This document shows, piece after piece, positions 51,066-60,526 of a stretch of DNA of 64,000 nt. The position numbers and the translations under genes are program-made. How positions within the stretch are numbered: the stretch's first letter is position 1; each line of letters begins with the position of its first letter. Origin of the DNA: Prolixibacteraceae bacterium (GTDB lineage: Bacteria; Bacteroidota; Bacteroidia; Bacteroidales; Prolixibacteraceae); NCBI GenBank assembly GCA_963676095.1, contig OY781040.1:5802705-5866704 (forward strand), given 5' to 3'. The notes beneath the pieces are model-generated. The model did not search any database, was not told where the DNA came from, and saw only the letters and a program-made list of their open reading frames with translations.

Positions 51066-51196
51066 AAAGTCGTTAAAAATGACGATTTGACCAGATATTC
51101 CTGTTTTTTGAACAGTTATTTCAATCACAAGGAGATTCTTCATCTATTTTTATGCCCCTTTAACACAGTGCAAAAAGAGAAATAAATCAAGATGCA

Positions 51197-52360
51197 ATGA
51201 AGAAGAGCCTGTTATTCCTTAGTTTGTTGCTAAGCGGGACACTGGTTTTTTCACAGGGAGAACAGACCGTTGATAAAATAAAAATGAACGGGTCTGACGT
51301 GAGCATAAGCCACCGGCATGCCCTTCCTGATTTACAGAAAAACGCGATCGAAGCTTACGATTCATTTAATAAATACCTTTTCGATCCCCGCAGGAAGCTC
51401 TATTCCAGGGATACGGACCAATCCGGAAAACTGGCTGCTATATGGACGCAGGCAATCTACTGGGATATGGCCATGAATGCGTATAAGCTCACAAAAGAGC
51501 GGCGGTACCGTCAGTTAATAGAAGATATCTATCAGGGAGGATCTGCTGAATACGATCACTATAACTGGGAAAATCATGAAGAATGGTTTATCTGGGACGA
51601 TATGATGTGGTGGATCATCTCATTGGCACGGGCCTATGAAGTAACCGGGGAACAAAAATACCTGGATCATAGTATGAAAGGTTTCCGTCACGTTTGGGAA
51701 GGCTCCTATGACCCGGATGAAGGCGGAATGGACTGGTGGTGGAAGCAGGAAGGAAAAACGGCCTGTATCAATTATCCCACGGTGATCGCCGCCGTGACTT
51801 TATTCCGGATTACGCAGGATTCCGTTTACCTGGAAAAGGCAAAAAAAATATATGACTGGGCTTTTACCAACCTGTTCAACCAGTCTGAAGGAAAAGTTGC
51901 AGACCATAAGGTGGGGAAAAATCCGGCTTCCGGCCAGACCCATGTGTATAACCAGGGTACGTGTATCGGGGCTGCGGTGATGCTGTTTCAGGCAACCGGT
52001 GAAGATCATTATCTCCACGATGCGGTGCTGGCGGCTAACTATGTCAAGGACAAGATGTGCCGGGCAGACGGGATAATCCCCGGAGAGGGGGATGATAACC
52101 CTGACAATGAGCAGGGGATCTATACTGCAATCTTTGCGCAATACATGGTCCGCCTGATCGAAGACGGCAACAAACCGGAATACATACCCTGGCTGAAAAA
52201 CAATATTGAAACGGCCTGGTCAAAAAGAGATACGGCAAGGTGCCTTACCTGGAAACATTATACGGAAAAGTGTCCGTCAGGGAAGCCGGTCAGCAGCTAT
52301 GACGCCAGTGGTCTCCCTGCCCTCATGCTGGTTTTTCCGGCAGAAAACAACCAGAAATAA
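51197..52360 (+). CDS. GH76-family-like (alpha-1,6-mannanase-like) alpha/alpha-toroid glycoside hydrolase
   Basis: 387 aa secreted; IWDDMMWWIISLARAYEVTG resembles the GH76 catalytic DD block. A related six-hairpin family (GH88/GH105-like) is not excluded. Confidence 0.45.
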   Translation: MKKSLLFLSLLLSGTLVFSQGEQTVDKIKMNGSDVSISHRHALPDLQKNAIEAYDSFNKYLFDPRRKLYSRDTDQSGKLAAIWTQAIYWDMAMNAYKLTKERRYRQLIEDIYQGGSAEYDHYNWENHEEWFIWDDMMWWIISLARAYEVTGEQKYLDHSMKGFRHVWEGSYDPDEGGMDWWWKQEGKTACINYPTVIAAVTLFRITQDSVYLEKAKKIYDWAFTNLFNQSEGKVADHKVGKNPASGQTHVYNQGTCIGAAVMLFQATGEDHYLHDAVLAANYVKDKMCRADGIIPGEGDDNPDNEQGIYTAIFAQYMVRLIEDGNKPEYIPWLKNNIETAWSKRDTARCLTWKHYTEKCPSGKPVSSYDASGLPALMLVFPAENNQK

Positions 52361-52361
52361 A

Positions 52362-54854
52362 ATGAGAACCGATATTAAGAGAATGAAACAACTGATTTAT
52401 TTGATCTGTCTGGCGATCCTGACCGGATGCGGAAAATCCGAACAATCTTCTGTTATCAAAAATAACCTTCGTCCGCCGGCCTATCCCCTGGTAACGATTG
52501 ATCCGTACACCAGTGCCTGGTCTATGACCGACAAATTGTACAACGAACAGGTAAAACACTGGACAGGGAAAGAGTTCCCGCTGATCGGAGCGGTCCGTGT
52601 TGACGGACAAACCTATCGCTTTATGGGGGTGGAAGAACCTGCGGAGAAAACCATTGCAGCCATGTCGACAGACAGGGCCTGGGCCGGTAAATACCGGTTC
52701 GACAATCCGGGGGAAGGGTGGGAGCAACCTGAATTTGACGATTCCCGCTGGCAGGAGGGCCAGGCTTCCTTTGGCACACCCGGGGAAACAAATGTCAATA
52801 CGCTTTGGCAAACCAAGGATATCTGGGTGCGCAGGCATATCAGGATCAATGAAGACTTGTCACGCAAAAAAGTCTTTCTTAAATATTCGCACGACGATAC
52901 GTTCGAGTTATACATCAATGGAATACCCGTTGTAAAAACCGGTTATGAATGGCATAAAAATGTCGTCATTTCCCTGAATGAACAGGTAAAGGAGACATTG
53001 AAACAAGGCGAAACCGTTATTGCCGCCCACTGTAGCAATAAAACAGGAGGTGCCCTGGTCGATTTTGGCATTTCTGCTGTGGACGAAACAGAGCCCTATT
53101 TAGCTCAAACAGCAGTACAGCAATGTGCCGATGTCCAGGCCACACAAACGCATTATACGTTCGAATGCGGAAGGGTCGAACTGAAACTTACCTTTCTGGC
53201 CCCGTTATTAATGGACAACCTGGAACTGATCTCCCGGCCCGTCAATTATATCTGTTACGATGTCCGTTCGCTCGACGGCAAAAAACATGATGTACAGATC
53301 TATTTCGAAGCAGCCCGCAACTGGGCTCTGGATACCCCTTCCCAGGAAAATAAGGGCGAAGGGTATGAAAAAGACGGACTGATCTTTTTGAAAACAGGCA
53401 GCACTAATCAAAAAGTACTTGGCAAACGGGGCGATGACATCCGGATCGATTGGGGCTATTTTTACCTGTGCGGCAAAAAGGCAGACAGTTATTACCAGAC
53501 CGGGAATCCTTACCAAATGCGCCGTGAATTTGCACAAACAGGGAGACTCTCGGGGGACGCCGGTCCAAAGGATGAGGCAAGCCTGGCGATATCCCGGTCT
53601 TTGGGAGATCATAAATCTGCTTCTGGAAAGATCATGATCGGCTATGACGATATTTTTTCGATGCAATATTTCAGGGAAAACCTTCGCCCTTACTGGAACA
53701 AAGATGGCAGCAAAACAATAGAAGAGGTATTTGCCAGAGCAGATCACGACTTCGGTAAATTACGTGACCGCTGTACCCGGTTCGACCATCAGTTAATGCT
53801 CGACGCCTGGGATGCAGGAGGGAAAGAATATGCCGAGCTTTGCGCGTTGGCATACCGCCAGGCCATCTCTGCACACAAATTGATGGAATCACCGGAGGGG
53901 GACCTTCTTTTTCTATCGAAAGAGAACAACAGTAATGGCTCTATTGCAACAGTGGATGTAACTTATCCTTCGGCCCCCTTGTTTTTGTATTACAATCCCC
54001 AACTGGCAGAAGGGCTGTTGAACGCGATTTTTTATTACAGTGAAAGCGGTAAATGGGACAAACCGTTTCCCGCTCATGATATCGGTACCTATCCCTGGGG
54101 TAATGGCCAGACCTACGGAGGGGACATGCCGGTTGAAGAAGCCGGGAATATGCTGATCCTTACCACTGCCATCGCAGTCGTTGAAGGCAATGCCCGGTAC
54201 GCAGAAAAGCACTGGGATATACTCACTGTCTGGGCCGATTATCTGGCTGAAAAGGGACTCGATCCGGAAAACCAGCTCTGTACCGACGATTTTGCCGGAC
54301 ATCTTGCCCATAATGTTAACCTTTCGGCAAAAGCCATTCTGGCAATTGCCGGTTATGGCCGTCTGGCAGGAATGCTTGGAAAAAAAGATATCGCCGGAAA
54401 ATATATGCAACAGGCTAAACAGATGGCGCAATCCTGGATGAAAATGGCTGACGGCAATGATCATTACCGCCTGACATTTGACCAGCCCGGCACCTGGAGC
54501 CAAAAATATAACCTGGTATGGGACAAATTATTGGATTTAAATATTTTTCCGGAGGAAGTAACCCGGAAGGAAGTGGCCTGGTACCTCACAAGATTAAATA
54601 CTTACGGTCTGCCACTCGACAGCCGGCAGAATTATACAAAAGCCGACTGGACCGTCTGGTGTGCCTCCTTAAGCGATAACCCGGAGACTTTCCGCAAATT
54701 TATTGCGCCGCTGCACCGTTTTATGGATGAAACGACCGACCGGGTCCCGATGACCGACTGGTATAATACCGACAGTAAGAGGCAAGTCGGGTTCCGGGCC
54801 CGCTCCGTTGTCGGCGGTTACTATATCAAGATGCTGGAAAAACGCCTGCGATAG
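52362..54854 (+). CDS. Glutaminase-A-like (DUF4965-type) protein, paralog of 34062-36566
   Basis: Lipoprotein signal (LTGCGK); RPPAYPLVTIDPYTSAWSMTDKLYN...IGAVRVDGQTYRFMG, about 70% identical to the minus-strand paralog over the N-terminus; start taken at ATG 52362, which abuts the GH76-like stop. Confidence 0.6.
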   Translation: MRTDIKRMKQLIYLICLAILTGCGKSEQSSVIKNNLRPPAYPLVTIDPYTSAWSMTDKLYNEQVKHWTGKEFPLIGAVRVDGQTYRFMGVEEPAEKTIAAMSTDRAWAGKYRFDNPGEGWEQPEFDDSRWQEGQASFGTPGETNVNTLWQTKDIWVRRHIRINEDLSRKKVFLKYSHDDTFELYINGIPVVKTGYEWHKNVVISLNEQVKETLKQGETVIAAHCSNKTGGALVDFGISAVDETEPYLAQTAVQQCADVQATQTHYTFECGRVELKLTFLAPLLMDNLELISRPVNYICYDVRSLDGKKHDVQIYFEAARNWALDTPSQENKGEGYEKDGLIFLKTGSTNQKVLGKRGDDIRIDWGYFYLCGKKADSYYQTGNPYQMRREFAQTGRLSGDAGPKDEASLAISRSLGDHKSASGKIMIGYDDIFSMQYFRENLRPYWNKDGSKTIEEVFARADHDFGKLRDRCTRFDHQLMLDAWDAGGKEYAELCALAYRQAISAHKLMESPEGDLLFLSKENNSNGSIATVDVTYPSAPLFLYYNPQLAEGLLNAIFYYSESGKWDKPFPAHDIGTYPWGNGQTYGGDMPVEEAGNMLILTTAIAVVEGNARYAEKHWDILTVWADYLAEKGLDPENQLCTDDFAGHLAHNVNLSAKAILAIAGYGRLAGMLGKKDIAGKYMQQAKQMAQSWMKMADGNDHYRLTFDQPGTWSQKYNLVWDKLLDLNIFPEEVTRKEVAWYLTRLNTYGLPLDSRQNYTKADWTVWCASLSDNPETFRKFIAPLHRFMDETTDRVPMTDWYNTDSKRQVGFRARSVVGGYYIKMLEKRLR

Positions 54855-55198
54855 GCCCCAACACAAGGATCAGCGAAGGAGCACTGAACGATCACTGATG
54901 GATGGGAACCCTCATTTTCATTTTGAATTTGGTCATTCCATCCGGGCCTGATCCATCTGTGATGATTGGTTGGGGGTCAGAGGACAGGGAGATGATGGCT
55001 CCCCCAAAAGCGGAGGCTTCGGTGAGGTATTTGCTGGATAAATATTTAATTTTACAGGGGCCATTGTACAAATTAAAGATAATGGAAATATGTACGATCC
55101 ATATTGGGCAACCTCAAAGTGATTCATTTGGCGCTTCACTGCAACAGCTTTTACCTGTATTAAAGAATATTTGTTAGCTTGCATAAAAATTACAGACA

Positions 55199-55543
55199 GT
55201 GGAACAACGATTAAAAATAAAGAAGTTTTTTTCGCCGATGATCGCGATTCGGTCCTCTGTTCGTGATTTCCTGCAATCGAACATCAGGAAAGATGTTCAA
55301 AAAGTGATACTCGATTTTTCCAGTATTACTTTTATCTCAAGGTCTGCTACAGACGAGTTTCTCACTTTTTTTGAGCAGAATAAAATTGAATATCTTTTTA
55401 CAAATCAATCGGAGAACCTTGTTAGTATGTTTTCAGCCGTTAAAAATTCACGTAACCGGAAACAGAGGCGTTCATTCCGGGATGTGCCGGTTGTTTCATT
55501 CAGATCATACAAAGAGCTGAATGAATTTCTGTCTGTTTTATAA
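55199..55543 (+). CDS. Small STAS-like (DUF4325-like) hypothetical protein
   Basis: 114-aa ORF (GTG start; alternative ATG at 55238); VILDFSSITFISRSATDEFL resembles the STAS/DUF4325 core. Confidence 0.3.
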   Translation: MEQRLKIKKFFSPMIAIRSSVRDFLQSNIRKDVQKVILDFSSITFISRSATDEFLTFFEQNKIEYLFTNQSENLVSMFSAVKNSRNRKQRRSFRDVPVVSFRSYKELNEFLSVL

Positions 55544-55614
55544 TCAATATAGAATTTCTGTATGAATTAAGAATTAATTCTGACGAGACTCTTTCAGAAA
55601 TGTCATCAAAAACC

Positions 55615-55725
55615 TTATTTTTCTACGTTTTCCCCAACGTAGTCCTTTGGCAAAACGCCAAAGCGGGCTTTGAAACATTTGGCGAAATAGGATGAAGGGC
55701 AGAACACGGTTGGGCTACAAATTTC
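55615..55725 (-). pseudogene. 3'-terminal remnant of an AraC-family HTH regulator gene
   Basis: The minus-strand frame reads EICSPTVFCPSSYFAKCFKARFGVLPKDYVGENVEK-stop, matching the AraC C-terminal consensus (SYFsKvFKk.FG.tP.eY); only about 37 codons, bounded upstream by a stop. Confidence 0.5.
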
Positions 55726-55950
55726 CTACCCCTCATTGTTCGCAAAAGATAATTAAGAGCAAATTTTCTTTATTTAACTCGTATTTTGACCTGTTATTAT
55801 TGTTTTTTGACCAGAATTTCCCGTTCCGTCTGATTTTAGATTCCGACCTTCGAATTGCAAATAAATATGGAGGGAAATTTACCGAGCTTTATTCTGGAAA
55901 CGGATAAAGCATAAAGAACATTTATTTAATACAAATCATAAATCGCCGAA

Positions 55951-56649
55951 GTGGTCATGGTGTTCATTATTACAAATTTTATAATTGTTCTCACTGAAAA
56001 TCAATTACCAATGAAAAAATTAACTAAAAAGAACCTAAAGCAATTGTCTGAAACAATGACACATCTCACAAAAACAGAACAGCGCAATTGTGTCGGCGCC
56101 GAAAACTATTATTCTCCTTCGGGTGAATTTTTGGGGCATTATGGTAATAGCGACGAAATTAGGGTTGTTTCCGATTTTTTTTGAACAATATCTCAGTGAT
56201 ATTCCAGGTATTAACATGCATAATTACAGCACCTCACTATTTAGGTCAAGCAATAGTGCGCAAAATAATGTTATCGGGACTATTGCCCAACATCTTGATA
56301 TCGACGCACATTTATATATTAGCGGTATTATGGATGACAATGGGAACCCGCTCTTTACAACTGCTGGAAGCACCTATCTGCGCATGACCCTTATGGAAGC
56401 TATATCGTGATAAATAGTCTATCTTATACATTTCAAAATGGTAACCAAAACGACATACTTTGCACACTTGTTCATGAATACGACCATTATGAAAATTACG
56501 ATCCAGAAACATATGACAAAGCTATGTCAGAGTATTTAGCTTATTACAATACGATTCATAATGACTATTTTCAGAACGTCTCGGACGAATATAGGTACGG
56601 AGTGTTGCGACAATACGAATATTATGGAAGAATTACTTCACAATATTAG
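55951..56649 (+). pseudogene. Frameshifted copy of the leader-HExxH protein gene (cassette copy 1)
   Basis: Coding spans frames 1, 2, 1 (ORFs 55951-56184, 56090-56410, 56407-56649). Relative to the intact copy there is a +1 in a T7 to T8 run near 56177 and a -1 near 56388. Confidence 0.7.
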
Positions 56650-56654
56650 ATACC

Positions 56655-57422
56655 ATGAAGAAAAAAATACTATATCCCTTCTTGTATCTCGCTATGGGCG
56701 TAATGCAAGTGTTTGGGCAGGAATACGAACAAACAGTAGAAGTCACTACTGATGAGTTTTCGGGCAGGCTGTTGAAAACTTCGGATGAATTATACATGGG
56801 GGATCATGCAGACAAATATTTAATGAATAAGTCACCTTTGTCGTTTTTTAAAGGATATAAAAGCATCTTCGGTGGTGATTCTAAAGAACCTAAAAAAAAT
56901 CAGGGATCTGAGAAATCTAAAAACTATATGATATCTACTTTCGTTATCCCATATCCAGCAGTTCGTTTTGGAGAAGTTGGATATAGTGAGAAAGAGTATA
57001 CTGCCTACTGGATATTGTTAGATGAACAACTATATCTCTGTAAGATTGATTTTCCGGATAGCGTTAATAAAGAACAAACGGTTTATCCCGCTATGGAGAA
57101 ATTTACAGGCGTGTGTTTTTCTAAAAGGAATGCACCATCAAACGACGGTCTTGGGGAGATATATGGACTTATGCCAGCCACATGGTTTACCGATACGCTA
57201 TATGTGAAAAAAGCAGTTACTAAAGAAGACCCTTTTATGCCGCTTGATTCGTGGGAAGTGAAGCCATATTGGCAGATGATATTCAACAAAGGAAAATTAA
57301 CTTCCAAAAAGATAGTTGACAATAAAATGCACACTCGGAAAATAACTGTACCCAGAAGAAAATTACCTCGAAAAAAGACAAGTCCTGTCATTAAAAAGGT
57401 GCCGCAAGAATTGGAAGACTAA
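56655..57422 (+). CDS. Secreted 255-aa protein with basic C-terminal tail (cassette copy 1; candidate immunity/partner protein)
   Basis: Signal peptide (LYLAMGVMQVFGQE); Lys/Arg-rich tail (HTRKITVPRRKLPRKKTSPVIKKVPQELED); about 90% identical to 63095-63862. Confidence 0.6.
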   Translation: MKKKILYPFLYLAMGVMQVFGQEYEQTVEVTTDEFSGRLLKTSDELYMGDHADKYLMNKSPLSFFKGYKSIFGGDSKEPKKNQGSEKSKNYMISTFVIPYPAVRFGEVGYSEKEYTAYWILLDEQLYLCKIDFPDSVNKEQTVYPAMEKFTGVCFSKRNAPSNDGLGEIYGLMPATWFTDTLYVKKAVTKEDPFMPLDSWEVKPYWQMIFNKGKLTSKKIVDNKMHTRKITVPRRKLPRKKTSPVIKKVPQELED

Positions 57423-57730
57423 TCAATTATACAGAAAGAGAAATTCCCTGCACCCGGATTATTGAGCATAAACATTTTGAGTTTGGGAACCAACCCAAAA
57501 CGATTATAACAAGGGAATATCCTCAATCCTGGAGACCTGGTTCAGAACCTTACTATCCGGTCAATACGGAGAAGAACAATTCGATTTACAAGAAATATAA
57601 GGAGTTAGCAGTAAAAGAAAGGAATATTTATTTTGGCGGACGTTTAGGTTTCTACAAATATTATAATATGGACCAAGTGGTAGAAGCAGCTTTGGAGCTA
57701 TACAATCATATTACAATATCAGATAGTTAA
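57422..57730 (+). pseudogene. 3' fragment (about 100 codons) of a UDP-galactopyranose mutase gene
   Basis: About 95% nucleotide identity to 60227-60526 (INYTEREIP...GGRLG.YKYYNMDQVV), with no start codon and no upstream part. It is joined to the cassette end through the shared pentamer taatc. Confidence 0.8.
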
Positions 57731-57740
57731 AACAATAAAA

Positions 57741-58166
57741 ATGGACGAGGTAAAAAAATGCCCTAAATGCAATGCTGAAGTTGACGATAGCTTTGGTGTA
57801 TGCTGGAATTGTCAGTACAGCTTTATTGAAGAGAGAATTTTGGACGACACCGATCTTGTATTGGTCTGCCCCAAGTGCCACAGCGAAATTGGGTCCTCCG
57901 TAAGTTACTGTCCTCAGTGTCATTATGATTTAAGGAAAATCCTTAAAGAAAGCGGAATAAAGCCGCAGGGTCCCAAAAACATTGACTGCTTGCGATGCAA
58001 AGTGCCTCTTGAGTATCAGGGTAATTTTAAATTCCATGAAGGCACAAGGATCGGAGCATTCGGCAATCTGTTTGAGTTGTTTACAAACAGAGAATCATTC
58101 GATTTGTATTGTTGTCCCAGTTGCGGAAAAGTGGAGTTTTTTCTACCTGGATTTGATACAAAATAA
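57741..58166 (+). CDS. Cytoplasmic multi-zinc-ribbon protein (at least five CxxC pairs)
   Basis: 141 aa; CPKC, CWNC, CPKC, CPQC, CLRC and CPSC pairs; no signal peptide. Confidence 0.5.
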   Translation: MDEVKKCPKCNAEVDDSFGVCWNCQYSFIEERILDDTDLVLVCPKCHSEIGSSVSYCPQCHYDLRKILKESGIKPQGPKNIDCLRCKVPLEYQGNFKFHEGTRIGAFGNLFELFTNRESFDLYCCPSCGKVEFFLPGFDTK

Positions 58167-58290
58167 ACGAAACTTTGGGTTGTTGACCTGATTTCATTAT
58201 GAAAAATCTCAAAACCTACATTTATTTCACCATAAAAATAAGTGACCAAAGACTTTTTTATACCAATAAAATGCTGATAAAACGCCAAAA

Positions 58291-59190
58291 ATGAAACCAA
58301 TAATCAAACTTACAATCCTGTTTTTATCAATTCTATTTATATTTGCAGCTGCAAAACGGACTGACGTTCAGAAAGCCGTTGCAGAACAAATTGTTACAAC
58401 ATCCGATAGCGTCGCCATACAAGAAGCCATCGCGGAGATTAGGAGTTTTTATGTGGCTTATACGGCCAACCTCCTATCTGATAACTCTTCCCCTGATTCT
58501 CTCATGGAAAAGTATTTGACCAGAAGACTGATAGAAAAAGTGGAAAGAATGAGAACAGCAATAGGCGCCGATCCCATTATTCGTGCACAAGATTTCACTG
58601 AAGATGCCAGAAAAACATTAGATATAAAATATTTAGACGGAAATTGGTTTATGGTTGGCTATAGCTATTCCTTGTTCGGAAGTAAAGATACCGTTTATAT
58701 GAATATTCCATTAAGAGTAATCCAAACAGACGGACGGTACTTGATCGATTATATCACACCGGAATGGAATGGTTCCCTTTACGGAGACAGTTTGCTGTAT
58801 GATCATCCTATGCCGCAACCGATAGATGCTTCCGCTCCTCTGTCATTACTGAAAACTTTTTATGCTGCCTATACGATGACATATTGTAGTATGCCTGAAG
58901 AACTGATATCTCAACTTGCAGCGTTACGTGAAAAGTAAACCCCCAATGCTTTGGCTCAATTTGCGTCTGCAGCAAATGAGTATAGTCTGGATGGTTCAAT
59001 GGGATACGATCTAATGATTGACTATTTTGATTTTGACCGGTTGTGGCTTCCTTCCGTAAAATTTACCCAACTGGATGAAGACACTTACCAAATGTGTTAC
59101 ACAAAGTGGAAAACTCCCTGTACCATTGAGCTAAAAGTAATCAGGCAAGGTAAGGAATACCGGATTGACAGTATAATCAGGAGCATATGA
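58291..59190 (+). CDS. Secreted hypothetical protein whose reading frame is interrupted by one in-frame TAA at 58936-58938
   Basis: ORFs 58291-58938 (signal peptide) and 58951-59190 are in the same frame, separated only by one TAA and four sense codons. Confidence 0.35.
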
Positions 59191-59425
59191 TTATTGTCAT
59201 TAATTTATAGAACCTCTTTCCACCCTGTTCCTCATTGCAGTGTTTATTGCACAGCACTGCAATGAGGTGTACATGGCTTGGTGAGGCTGGATAAAAAGAA
59301 TTTAGTAAGGAATATATCAGTGCCAGATCATAGGGATTTTTTAGAAAATTTTAAGCTTAAAAACATGAAATAAAAAACCGGCATATTCATTTAAAGCACA
59401 TAGAAATCAATTATGGTGGAATGCG

Positions 59426-60526
59426 ATGAAGAAATTTAAATATGATTATCTTTTTGTTGGAGCAGGGTTATTCAATGCGATAATTGCCCGGGAGGCTTCA
59501 AAACGGGGCAAGAAATGTCTTGTAATTGAGAAACGGGATCATATCGGAGGCAACCTGTATTGCGAAAATATAGAGGGCATTAATGTTCACAGATACGGAG
59601 CTCATATTTTCCATACTGACAACAAATTTATATGGAAATATATGGAAGAATTGTGCGAGTTCAATCATTATATAAATTCGCCATTGGCCAGGTATAAGAA
59701 CGAGCTTTACAATTTGCCGTTTAACATGAATACTTTCAGTCGTTTATGGGGATTGTACACCCCACAGGAAGTCGCGCGCAAAATTGATGAACAAAGGTTG
59801 AAATGCATTATTCCTGCAAACTTTGAAGAGCAAGCATTACATCTTGTGGGAACAGACGTATATGAAAAGCTCATTAAAGGATATACGGAAAAACAATGGG
59901 GTAGGGAAGCCAAATCCTTACCTGCTTTTATCATCAAACGTGTTCCGATACGGTTCACTTATAACAATAATTATTTCGATGGTGTTTATCAGGGCATCCC
60001 TAAAGGTGGATTCAATCCTATATTCGAGAAATGTTTCGCGAAGTGTGACATTTACACCAATACTGATTTTTTTGAACACAGAGAGATCGTTAGGTCAGCA
60101 GAAAAAACGATTTTTAGCGGGATGATCGACCAATATTATGATTATTGCTTTGGTCAGTTAGAATACAGGTCGCTTTATTTTGAAGACGAGGTAATTGATG
60201 CCTTCAATTATCAGGGTAATGCTGTAATCAATTATACAGAAAGAGAAATTCCCTACACCCGGATTATCGAGCATAAACATTTTGAGTTTGGGAACCAACC
60301 CAAAACGATTATAACAAGGGAATATCCTCAATCCTGGAGACCTGGTTCAGAACCTTACTATCCGGTCAATACGGAGAAGAACAATTCGATTTACAAGAAA
60401 TATAAGGAGTTAGCAGTAAAAGAAAGGAATATTTATTTTGGCGGACGTTTAGGTTCCTACAAATATTACAATATGGATCAAGTGGTAGGAGCAGCTTTGG
60501 AACTATATGCTTATATTGAATCATAG
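59426..60526 (+). CDS. glf: UDP-galactopyranose mutase
   Basis: 366 aa; N-terminal FAD-binding motif (YDYLFVGAGLFNAIIAREASKRGKKCLVIEKRDHIGGN); HIFHT block; length and sequence typical of UGM. Confidence 0.9.
   Translation: MKKFKYDYLFVGAGLFNAIIAREASKRGKKCLVIEKRDHIGGNLYCENIEGINVHRYGAHIFHTDNKFIWKYMEELCEFNHYINSPLARYKNELYNLPFNMNTFSRLWGLYTPQEVARKIDEQRLKCIIPANFEEQALHLVGTDVYEKLIKGYTEKQWGREAKSLPAFIIKRVPIRFTYNNNYFDGVYQGIPKGGFNPIFEKCFAKCDIYTNTDFFEHREIVRSAEKTIFSGMIDQYYDYCFGQLEYRSLYFEDEVIDAFNYQGNAVINYTEREIPYTRIIEHKHFEFGNQPKTIITREYPQSWRPGSEPYYPVNTEKNNSIYKKYKELAVKERNIYFGGRLGSYKYYNMDQVVGAALELYAYIES

Larger units (their letters stand above)
55606..57424. repeat. 1.82-kb cassette, copy 1 (direct repeat of 62046-63864)
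   Basis: Collinear about 90-95% nucleotide identity with 62046-63864 at a constant offset of 6440 bp. Confidence 0.9.

Noticed and set aside
51197-52360. Possibility that the 387-aa toroid enzyme is an unsaturated glucuronyl/rhamnogalacturonyl hydrolase (GH88/GH105) rather than GH76
   Set aside because: Not fully rejected. The WDDMMWW block fits the GH76 DD motif better than the GH88/GH105 signatures I recall, so GH76-like is retained with only moderate confidence.
54902-55184. Overlapping ORFs 54902-55177 (+) and 54933-55184 (-) after the glutaminase-like gene
   Set aside because: No family resemblance, mutually overlapping on both strands and in a short spacer; treated as noncoding 3' region.
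55692-55907. 71-aa ORF present in both cassette copies (55692-55907 and 62132-62347)
   Set aside because: It overlaps the AraC remnant on the opposite strand and the AT-rich promoter region of the HExxH gene. It has a low-complexity Phe/Leu-rich translation and no ribosome-binding or start context. Its conservation is explained by the nucleotide duplication.
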